A DNA stretch of 64,000 nt from an uncultured Acidobacteriota bacterium. Its GTDB lineage: Bacteria; Acidobacteriota; Thermoanaerobaculia; UBA5066. The stretch covers positions 1,617 to 65,616 of the forward strand of contig CAVZYA010000003.1 in assembly GCA_963779415.1 (NCBI GenBank), given 5' to 3'. The notes beneath the pieces were generated by a model. That model had not been told where the DNA came from. It made no database searches and was given only the letters and a program-made list of their open reading frames with translations. A program made the position numbers and the translations under genes. Shown piece by piece: positions 17,001 to 24,299 of the stretch (its first letter is position 1; each line of letters starts with the position of its first letter).

Positions 17001-17097
17001 GTAGGCGCGCAATGGGAGTTGCCGGGGTCTGTAGGGGCGCAATGGGAATTGCCGGGGGCTATCTCGCCTAAGAGCTGCGGCTCGGTCCTTCGGTTTC
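17001..17097 (+). repeat. Family A copies A5a (28-bp terminus only) and A5b (terminus plus about 65 nt of core) in direct tandem
   Basis: gtaggcgcgcaatgggagttgccggggt is followed by ct and then gtaggggcgcaatgggaattgccgggggctatctcgcctaagagctgcggctcggtcc. Confidence 0.8.
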
Positions 17098-17925
17098 ATG
17101 GGCCACCGGCGCGTCGAACTCTTCGCCCCGGCACCACCGCCGGTACACGTCTATCTCCTCGAGCGAGGCGTAGTCGCCAGCAATCCGGTCCGCGAGGTCG
17201 ACGATCCAGGCGGGCGCGTCAGGGTGCTCAAACGTCCGGATGATCGGCTGGTCGACAGGGACCGGCGCAACGGCGCTGCCGTTCTGAACCCTCGGCTCAA
17301 CCGCGATTTCGGCCCGCTCTTCGGGCACTTCCGGGGCCCCCTTCCGCTGGGCGCTCAGCGTCCGCTCCGAGCTTGGCGGCGGGGATTCGTGACGGCCTTG
17401 GGCGGGACTTCTGGCGGCAGGCTCCGCTCTCGTTCGGCGTGGGATCACAGCCGGTCGATCATCGAACCTCCCCTCTAGCACCTGGGCTCGAGTCTCCGAC
17501 AACAGCAAGAAGTCGAAGCTCGCCCGCCAGCCTCGAGGGCCGGCGCCGTTGCATCGCCGGCTCCGGGCCATCCGCTCTACGACCTCGCGCCAGATCGCGA
17601 GGTCGGGACACTCGGAGAGCCGGGCCACTGCAAGCTCGCGTTGCCCCTGAGCCCTCCGCCTTTCGGGGAGTCGGCCACGATGCTCGTCCCATACTGCGCC
17701 GAGGGAGTCGAGCGGCGTTGTTCTCGTCCGCACCACCGTGACATCACCCCGATCCCTGACCGCCACAAGCCCTCCACCAAGTCGATACGCCTTAACTTCC
17801 GAGAGTGCCAACTTTTCCACGATCCACGATCGCGAACGATCGTGTCGCTCGGCCAGAACGGAAAGGGCATCGACGGCCGCATGGGAGAGGTAGAGCGAGG
17901 TGCTCTTATGCGGTACCTTTGCCAT
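17068..17925 (-). CDS. Mobile-element-type protein with an N-terminal ribbon-helix-helix and a phage replication-protein-like C-terminal motif
   Basis: KSTSLYLSHAAVDALSVLAERHDRSRSWIVEKLAL is RHH-like. ...WRASFDFLLLSETRAQVLEGRFDD resembles the conserved phage replication/DnaD-like C-terminal motif (inference). The last 10 codons lie inside repeat A5b. Confidence 0.65.
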   Translation of the reverse strand: MAKVPHKSTSLYLSHAAVDALSVLAERHDRSRSWIVEKLALSEVKAYRLGGGLVAVRDRGDVTVVRTRTTPLDSLGAVWDEHRGRLPERRRAQGQRELAVARLSECPDLAIWREVVERMARSRRCNGAGPRGWRASFDFLLLSETRAQVLEGRFDDRPAVIPRRTRAEPAARSPAQGRHESPPPSSERTLSAQRKGAPEVPEERAEIAVEPRVQNGSAVAPVPVDQPIIRTFEHPDAPAWIVDLADRIAGDYASLEEIDVYRRWCRGEEFDAPVAHETEGPSRSS

Positions 17926-18124
17926 GGAATCTACCGTGCTTCTCCCGCACGCCCATCACGGTCCAACAACATGGTTTTCGAGCGAGATAGGAGGCTAGGG
18001 CAAGCGCGAACGGCTCTTCCTCTCGGTCGCCGAAGTTTCGCGCTTCGGATGCGAGCAGACCGGCACCCGGCCGCCGCGTGCTTGGCACGACTAACTGGCT
18101 TCTCTTCCGGCTCCCTGAGACGGC

Positions 18125-18568
18125 TCACGGAAGGCCTCCGCGCCAACCCAAGCCCTGGGGCCCGATCGGGCTTTCTAGGTCTCCCCGCCGCTTCTGTGCT
18201 TGACGGTATCTCGCAAGAGCGGCGATCCCCGCCGCCGGCGCCGGGCGCTTGAGCTTCGCCCGGAGGAGGTCGAGGACGGCGGGAGCGTCGGCCACGTCGA
18301 AAAGCACGGTCGCTTCCCCGTCCCCGACTTGATGGGGACGAGCCCCGGCGGTGGCGAGGAGGTCGAGGGCCTTCCCGGCGTACCGTGTCGTGATCCACGC
18401 CTGAAGCGTCGTCCTGCCGTGGGGGTAGACGAACGCCTTCCAGCGCCAGCAGGGGATCTCGAAGTTCCAAGGGTCTCGCCACTGGCCTGGGGCGTGGTCA
18501 AGAGACATTCGAATCCGGTGTTTCGGAAGCGCTTCCTCGAGGTTGATGCACCAGGGCTCGGCACTCAA
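18125..18568 (-). CDS. Hypothetical protein; the true start is possibly the internal M at MSLDHAPG
   Basis: This is the only non-shadow-looking frame between the RHH gene and tRNA-Sec. No recognisable family. Confidence 0.45.
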   Translation of the reverse strand: MSAEPWCINLEEALPKHRIRMSLDHAPGQWRDPWNFEIPCWRWKAFVYPHGRTTLQAWITTRYAGKALDLLATAGARPHQVGDGEATVLFDVADAPAVLDLLRAKLKRPAPAAGIAALARYRQAQKRRGDLESPIGPQGLGWRGGLP

Positions 18569-18786
18569 GGGCGGCCTCCCGCATTCGCCACGGGGCGCGC
18601 TGTGCCGTGATCGACGATCTCCGAAGGGGATGGGCAGCGCCCGACAGCGCGGGCTTCAGCGAGGCGACTTTTCCATGGGCTCGTTCGTGGGCTCGTTTGG
18701 GCTCGTTCCCGGTGCCAGGCTGCGAAAAGAGTGCCACGCGGAAGTGATTCATCCACAAGGACCGCGTTGCACGGGTTAGCACTGAA

Positions 18787-18885
18787 TGGCGGAAGCGTGT
18801 GGGAGTCGAACCCACCCGCCGCCCCTCTCGGAGCGAGCACGCTGGTTTTGAAGACCAGGAGGGCCACCGGGCCCCTTTCGCTTCC
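18787..18885 (-). tRNA. selC: tRNA-Sec (anticodon UCA)
   Basis: The reverse complement is GGAAGCGAAAGGGGCCCGGUGGCCCUCCUGGUCUUCAAAACCAGCGUGCUCGCUCCGAGAGGGGCGGCGGGUGGGUUCGACUCCCACACGCUUCCGCCA. It has anticodon loop CUUCAAA, a 6-bp D stem (GGGGCC/GGCCCU) with a 4-nt loop, a long variable arm and a GUUCGACUCC T-loop. The GGAAG...CUUCCGCCA ends match E. coli selC. Confidence 0.9.
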
Positions 18886-18894
18886 GGGCGGATT

Positions 18895-20211
18895 CTAAGA
18901 CGCCGGCGTGCCCCGGGCCGCGGCGAGGCGCTCGAAGCTGCCGACGCAGTCTTTCGCCTTGTAGACGCGCCCGCCGACCTCGAGTAGGAGACGGTCGTAG
19001 GCCCGGCATAGCCGGATCAGGCGTTCCGAGTTCCCGCGCGTGACCGGAAAATCCAGCGCCAGACTGAATCCGTCGGAGGCGTATGCGCGGGGAAAGGTGT
19101 CGGCGCGGTGTCGCTTCATCACGGCGAGCGAGGAGACCGCTCCGTGCTCGTGCTGGAGGCGGATCGCGCGTGTGAACGCTTTTTCCGCGATTTCCTTCGG
19201 GACGAAGAGCTGGTACTGGATGAAGCCGCCGGGACGGTAGACCTCGTTCCAGCCGGGGAGGTAGTCGAGGAGGAACGAGTAGGCGACCAGCGACTGCCGG
19301 AAATGCGTCCGCCCCGCGAGCCTTCCGGCGAGATACTTCGCGGCATTGACGGCGCGCATCTGCGGCCCCTTCGCCGTGAGACGGAGGCCGAGGAGCATCA
19401 CGGGAATCGGGAGCGGACCCGTCTTCACGTCGGCCAGCTGCTCGGCCTCCGAAAAACCGCTCCCCTCTCCGTTTCGCTGCAGGTGCTCGTTCGCGAGGTG
19501 GACGACCGACCGCCCGAGGGGGGCGCCTCGCGCGAAGCAGTCCGTCCACGCGACGACGTATTCCCACGAATCCTTCGCCTCGTCGAGCGCCCGGAGGGTC
19601 GACGCGAGGTCGGGCGTGGCGAAGCCCTCCACGTCGAGATACCCGGTCGCCACCTTTTTCAGCCTGAGAGCGACCTCGACGATCGGCTCCTCGGCGCGGA
19701 AGTTGCCGACGAGCCCCGCGAAGCGGAGATCGTCCCTCGCGATCCGCTCCACCTCGCCGCTCCGCCGGAGGACCGCGAGCTCCAGAACGTGGTCCGCGAG
19801 CGCTCCCCTCCTCCATCCGTTCTTTCCATGGACGTTGACGGCGACCGCGCCGCCGAGCGTGACGTGCATCGTGCCGGTGACGACCGGGGGCCAGAACCCC
19901 CGCGGAAGCGAGAACCGCCAGAGAGCGCCGATCGTCACCCCGGCCTCGGCGCGGACGACGCCCGTCGCCTCGTCGAGGGAGCGGATCCTGTTCAGCCCCG
20001 AGAGTTCGACGACCGGTCCGCGCGGGTTGATCGCCGCCTCACCGTAGGAGCGGCCGGCGCCGCGGAAGACGGGCCGCTCGCCGCGTGCGCGGCAGAGCGC
20101 GAGGACGTTGCCGAGCTCGCCGACGGAGGCCGGCCGGAAAACCGGAGAGACGGAGAAGTTGTAGAGGCCGAACCCCTCCACCCGCTCGGAGCGGGGCTCC
20201 GCGGCGCTCAC
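18895..20211 (-). CDS. FAD-binding oxidoreductase, DprE1-like (decaprenylphospho-beta-D-ribofuranose 2-oxidase family)
   Basis: FAD-binding PCMH-type N-terminus (...VFRGAGRSYGEAAINP...VRAEAGVTIGAL...). A GTG start at 20211 overlaps the stop of the upstream SDR (GTGA). The pairing with an SDR matches the DprE1/DprE2 arrangement. Confidence 0.8.
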   Translation of the reverse strand: MSAAEPRSERVEGFGLYNFSVSPVFRPASVGELGNVLALCRARGERPVFRGAGRSYGEAAINPRGPVVELSGLNRIRSLDEATGVVRAEAGVTIGALWRFSLPRGFWPPVVTGTMHVTLGGAVAVNVHGKNGWRRGALADHVLELAVLRRSGEVERIARDDLRFAGLVGNFRAEEPIVEVALRLKKVATGYLDVEGFATPDLASTLRALDEAKDSWEYVVAWTDCFARGAPLGRSVVHLANEHLQRNGEGSGFSEAEQLADVKTGPLPIPVMLLGLRLTAKGPQMRAVNAAKYLAGRLAGRTHFRQSLVAYSFLLDYLPGWNEVYRPGGFIQYQLFVPKEIAEKAFTRAIRLQHEHGAVSSLAVMKRHRADTFPRAYASDGFSLALDFPVTRGNSERLIRLCRAYDRLLLEVGGRVYKAKDCVGSFERLAAARGTPAS

Positions 20212-20951
20212 GGCGGGCCGAGCCTCTTGAAGACGAACCTCGGAATGTGCCGGAGGACGAGCCCGAAGAGCCCCCACCGCCGGTAGACGTAGAAGACCTC
20301 GTCGCCACGCTCGAGGCGGTCCGCGATGATGCGGGCCGCCTCCTCGGGCGGGACGACCCAGAAGAGGCCCGGCTTTCCCGCCGTCATCTTCGTGCCGACG
20401 AATCCGGGCTTCACCGTCGAGACCGTCACGCCGAAGGGGAAGAGCCGGCTCCGAAGCCCTTCGAGGTAGGTCGTGAGCGCCGCTTTCGAGGCGTTGTACG
20501 CCGGGTTTCCCTTCCTCCCGCGGTCTCCCGCGATGGACGAGATGGCGGCGATCTGACCCCGGCGCGCCTCCCGGAAATAGTTGGCCGCGAGGCCGAGCAT
20601 CTCGACGGCTGCGACGGCGTTTACCTCCATCGTCTCGCGGTCCTTCGCGGGTTCGGCCGTCACCCCGTCCCCGTGGTACATGACCCCCGCGTTGTACAGG
20701 AAGAGGTCGCAGTGGCCGATTGAGGCGATGGCGTCGCGGAAGGCGGGGGCGATCCGGTCCGTCTCGCGCAAGTCGCAGACAACGGCCGTGACCGTGGCGT
20801 CCGGGTGCCTCGCGGCGATCTCCGCGCGGACGGCCTCAAGCTTCTCCGCCCCGCGGCCGACGAGGCAGACCCACGAGCCGCGAGAGGCGTACTCGCCGGC
20901 GAGGGCCTTTCCGAGGCCGTCCGTCGCGCCCACGACGACGACGCGCTTCAT
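20208..20951 (-). CDS. Short-chain dehydrogenase/reductase, DprE2-like
   Basis: MKRVVVVGATDGLGKALAGEY carries TGxxxGxG, and ...YNASKAAL carries YxxxK. The 443-aa track ORF is an Arg-rich upstream extension that I reject. Confidence 0.85.
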   Translation of the reverse strand: MKRVVVVGATDGLGKALAGEYASRGSWVCLVGRGAEKLEAVRAEIAARHPDATVTAVVCDLRETDRIAPAFRDAIASIGHCDLFLYNAGVMYHGDGVTAEPAKDRETMEVNAVAAVEMLGLAANYFREARRGQIAAISSIAGDRGRKGNPAYNASKAALTTYLEGLRSRLFPFGVTVSTVKPGFVGTKMTAGKPGLFWVVPPEEAARIIADRLERGDEVFYVYRRWGLFGLVLRHIPRFVFKRLGPP

Positions 20952-20965
20952 CCGGCGATTATCGT

Positions 20966-21874
20966 TCACGGCCAGAGGCGCTCGCGTCCGTCGTGCCAGT
21001 CGCGCGTCACGTCGAGCCAGAAAGCAAGCCCGGCCCACGCGCCGAAGGAGCCGTAGAAGCGGGCGACTCGCGCGTCCGGCACCCGGCGGGAGCGGAAGCG
21101 GAGATCCGAGACTTTCCTTCGCGACCACGAATCGAGGCCGAGCTTCGCGTGGCGGCCGAGGAGCCGCGACATCGTCTGGACGGCGTAGGGGCCGAATCCC
21201 GGCTGCGCGCCGATCTCCTTCTCGACCTCCTCGACGCTCCGGGCCGGATCCTCCCAGCGGGAAAGGTCGAGGCGCCCCGACGCGACGTCCTCGGAGAGCC
21301 CGAGGAGGTACGACGCGCGGTAGCCGCACCGGATCTCGTCGCGAAGACGCTTTTCGGTGAATCCCGCGAGAAAAGGGGCGTGGGGAAAGGCCCCGGCGCG
21401 GCCGAAAGCCCCGACGAGGTTCCCGACCATCGCCCGCGTCAGCCCCCAGGAGCAGTTCGTCGTCAGGAGCACCTTCACGGCGTCCTCGAACGGAGTGGGC
21501 GAGCGGAGAATCCGCCCCGCGCCACGACGGGCGATCCATCCGAACCCCTCCCCCTCCCGCTCGCGGCAGAGGGCGTGAAACCCGGATAGATCGACCGAGA
21601 CATCGAGAACACGGAAAACGACCGATTGCACTCGATCAGCGGCTGCAGTTGCAGCCGCCGCATAGCAGAAGGAAATCTCTTCCTCTTCGGACATCGCATG
21701 AACAGAGAGCTGGCCCTTTCGCCCCGTGATTTCGACGCGGACCGGTTTCTCCCCCTCTAAGAATACGAATTTCAGGCGTCTCGCTTCGGCATCCCAGGAG
21801 AATGGCGGGAGGTCGTACCAGCCGTGGCTCCGGACGACGAGGTCGAGGTCGAAGCGGCCCTTGACGCGCGTCAG
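20966..21874 (-). CDS. HhH-GPD superfamily DNA glycosylase (AlkA / 3-methyladenine glycosylase II-like); start codon uncertain
   Basis: RFDLDLVVRSHGWYDLPPFSWD... matches the family N-terminus. The HhH motif is GFGPYAVQTMSRLLG. No ATG, GTG or TTG is in frame near the homologous N-terminus. The first plausible codon is CTG at 21874-21872, overlapping the PBP stop. Confidence 0.7.
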   Translation of the reverse strand: MTRVKGRFDLDLVVRSHGWYDLPPFSWDAEARRLKFVFLEGEKPVRVEITGRKGQLSVHAMSEEEEISFCYAAAATAAADRVQSVVFRVLDVSVDLSGFHALCREREGEGFGWIARRGAGRILRSPTPFEDAVKVLLTTNCSWGLTRAMVGNLVGAFGRAGAFPHAPFLAGFTEKRLRDEIRCGYRASYLLGLSEDVASGRLDLSRWEDPARSVEEVEKEIGAQPGFGPYAVQTMSRLLGRHAKLGLDSWSRRKVSDLRFRSRRVPDARVARFYGSFGAWAGLAFWLDVTRDWHDGRERLWP

Positions 21875-24270
21875 GGGGAGGCTCCCGGAACGGCGGGGGG
21901 CGGAACGCCGGGCCCGGGGACCGGGACGGGCCTGGCGCCGTGGAGAGGGCAGAGCTCCGTCGGCTCCGTTCCGGCGACGAAAACCTCGGGAAACGAAACG
22001 GGACACGCGTCCGTCCAGAGCTTCCCGCTCAGCGGATCGATCCGGACCGTCACGACGCCGGGCGAAGTCGGGAAGGGCTCCTCGAAGTAATGGGACGGAA
22101 GCCGCCGGACGAACTCCGCGAAAATCGGCACGGCCGCCGCCGAGCCGGAGAGGCCGAGGCCGCGGTTGTCGTCGAAGCCGACCCAGACGGCGACGAGAAG
22201 GCGCGGTGAGAAGCCGATGAACCACGCGTCGCGTCCCTCGTTCGTCGTCCCCGTCTTCCCGGCGAAGATCCCCTGCGCGCCGAGGCGGCGGGCCGAGGCC
22301 CCCGTGCCCCGGATCACGGCCCCCTGAAGAATCGAGTCGAGAACCGTAAGGGCGTCCGGATCGACGGCGCGCTCCAGCTTCGCGTTGCGTCTCTCCACCT
22401 GACGTTCCGAGGAGCCGACGAATCCGAGAAGCGCCGTGGGCTCGACCCGGAAGCCTCCGTTCGCGAACGTCGCAAAGGCCGAAGCGATCTCCATCGGGCT
22501 CGTCTCGAAGGCTCCGAGCGAGAGCGACGGGTATGGCTTGAGCGGCGAGGTGATGCCGGCCCGGCGGGCCGTCTGGACGATGTCGAAGAGGAGCGACTGG
22601 TGCGGGCCGACCTCGGAGACGGCGATGCGCGCGGTCGGAACGTTGATCGACTGCTCCAGCGCCTGCCGCGCCGTCATCCATCCGCGAAACCGGCCGTCGT
22701 AGTTCTTCGGGATCCAGACCTCGTCCTCCCCAGCCCCCCACGCGATCGCGATCGGCTCGTCGAGGTAGAGCGAGGCGGCGGTGACGGGCTTCGGAACGTC
22801 CCGCTTCGAGAAGGCCGTCAGGTAGACGAACGGCTTGAAAAGGGAGCCGGGCTGCCTCTTCGCCTGGACGACGCGGTTGAACTGCGAGACCTGGTAGTCG
22901 CGTCCCCCGACGAGGGCCCAGATCGCACCCGTCGCCGGGTCGAGCGCGATGAGGGCGCCCTGCAGCTCCTCGTCCTCGTCCCGCGATCGGAGGTGGCGGT
23001 GGGCCTTCTCCATCTCCTCGAGTCCTCTGCGGACCGCCGCCTGGGCCGCCGCCTGCATCTCGGGGTCGAGCGTCGTGTAGATGGCGAGGCCGTCCTCGCT
23101 CATCTCCGGGGCCTCCGCGCGGACCTGCTTCATCAGGAAGTCGACGAAGTGCGGCGCGACGATCCCGACCGGCGGTCCCTTGACGCGCGTGACCGGAGCG
23201 TCGAGCGCCTTTTCGAAAGCCGCCTTGTCGATCTTTCCCAGCTCCAGCATCCCCTTGAGGACGACGGCCCGCCTCTCCTTCGCCCGGTCGGGATGCCGGA
23301 ACGGCGAGTACCTTCCGGGAGACGAGATGAGCCCCGCGAGGAGCGCGGCCTCCGGCAGATCGATCTGGGAGACGGATCTCCCGAAGTAGAACCGCGACGC
23401 TTCCTCCACCCCCGTCACGGAGACCGAGCCCTTCTGTCCGAGGTAGATCTCGTTCAGGTAGGCCTCGAGGATCTCCTCCTTCGAGTAGCGGGACTCGACG
23501 ATGACGGCCACGAGGGCCTCGAGGGCCTTCCGCTTCAGCGTCCGTTCGGGGGTGAGGAACATGTTCTTGACGAGCTGCTGGGTCAGCGTCGAGGTGCCGC
23601 GGACCGACCGGCCGCGGGTCACGCTCTGGACGACCGCGCCGGCGAGGCGGCGGAAGGAAAGGCCGCCGTGCGTGAAGAAGTCGCGGTCCTCGGTGGCGAG
23701 GACGGCATTCACGAGAACCGGCGGAACCTCGGAGAGCGTCACGAGCGTCCGGTCCTCCATCTTCTCGTCGTAGACGGAGCCGACCACCTCGGGCTCGAAG
23801 ACGGCCCACGCGAGAGGCGCTCCGGCGGGGAGGCTCCGGACCGCGACCACGCGCCGCCCGGAAAACTCGATCGACGTGGTCCCGCCCTTCACGAGCCCCT
23901 CCGGCGACTCCCGGTCGCGAATCGAGACGGCAAGCCGGCTCTTCGTCAGGTGGTACTGCCCCGGAGCCACGTCGGACTTCCCCGAGTCGGCGTAGCGGAG
24001 GCGCGTGAGGCGCCGGATCACGTCGTCGGTCCCGAGAGCGTCCCCCGGGCGGACGACCCACGCATCCGAGTAGATCCGCGCCGGCAGCCGCCAGCGCGGC
24101 CCCTCCATCCGCGCCTCCACGACGCGCCCGTAGTAGAGGACGACGACCGTGACCGCCGCCGCGACGAGAACCACGACGGCCGCGAAGAAGAAAGCGAACG
24201 GGCGCCAGTTACGGCGGACGAAGCCCAGCGCCTTCCTCACTCCCTCCCGGATCCTCCGGCCTTCCGCCAC
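21871..24270 (-). CDS. Penicillin-binding protein 1A family (bifunctional transglycosylase/transpeptidase)
   Basis: TM anchor, then EDRDFFTHGG and RGTSTLTQQL (GT51). The transpeptidase motifs are PGSLFKPFVY (SxxK), SINVP (SxN) and GKTGTT (KTG). Confidence 0.9.
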   Translation of the reverse strand: MAEGRRIREGVRKALGFVRRNWRPFAFFFAAVVVLVAAAVTVVVLYYGRVVEARMEGPRWRLPARIYSDAWVVRPGDALGTDDVIRRLTRLRYADSGKSDVAPGQYHLTKSRLAVSIRDRESPEGLVKGGTTSIEFSGRRVVAVRSLPAGAPLAWAVFEPEVVGSVYDEKMEDRTLVTLSEVPPVLVNAVLATEDRDFFTHGGLSFRRLAGAVVQSVTRGRSVRGTSTLTQQLVKNMFLTPERTLKRKALEALVAVIVESRYSKEEILEAYLNEIYLGQKGSVSVTGVEEASRFYFGRSVSQIDLPEAALLAGLISSPGRYSPFRHPDRAKERRAVVLKGMLELGKIDKAAFEKALDAPVTRVKGPPVGIVAPHFVDFLMKQVRAEAPEMSEDGLAIYTTLDPEMQAAAQAAVRRGLEEMEKAHRHLRSRDEDEELQGALIALDPATGAIWALVGGRDYQVSQFNRVVQAKRQPGSLFKPFVYLTAFSKRDVPKPVTAASLYLDEPIAIAWGAGEDEVWIPKNYDGRFRGWMTARQALEQSINVPTARIAVSEVGPHQSLLFDIVQTARRAGITSPLKPYPSLSLGAFETSPMEIASAFATFANGGFRVEPTALLGFVGSSERQVERRNAKLERAVDPDALTVLDSILQGAVIRGTGASARRLGAQGIFAGKTGTTNEGRDAWFIGFSPRLLVAVWVGFDDNRGLGLSGSAAAVPIFAEFVRRLPSHYFEEPFPTSPGVVTVRIDPLSGKLWTDACPVSFPEVFVAGTEPTELCPLHGARPVPVPGPGVPPPAVPGASP

Positions 24271-24299
24271 GGGGAGAGTCTAGAGCGACGGCGCTCCGG

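Noticed and set aside
5500-17100. Integron gene-cassette array with attC sites (family A repeats)
   Set aside because: There is no intI integrase and no R''/R' core sites (RYYYAAC / GTTRRRY). Most copies lack the internal imperfect palindrome of attC. The one complete copy looks like a MITE with terminal inverted repeats. The cassette-like layout is kept only as a descriptive observation.
20952-21539. N-terminal extension of the SDR (track ORF 20208..21539). Likewise 44413..44541 for HtrA, 28741..28839 for the amidohydrolase, 38731..38853 for recO and 41338..41385 for the selenoprotein.
   Set aside because: The extensions are Arg-rich, overlap neighbouring genes, and precede obvious native N-termini (Rossmann motif, signal peptides).
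20966-24061. 1031-aa minus-strand ORF
   Set aside because: Only the C-terminal 302 aa (the AlkA-like glycosylase) look real. The rest is an Arg-rich frame overlapping the PBP1A gene, whose own frame carries all the PBP motifs.
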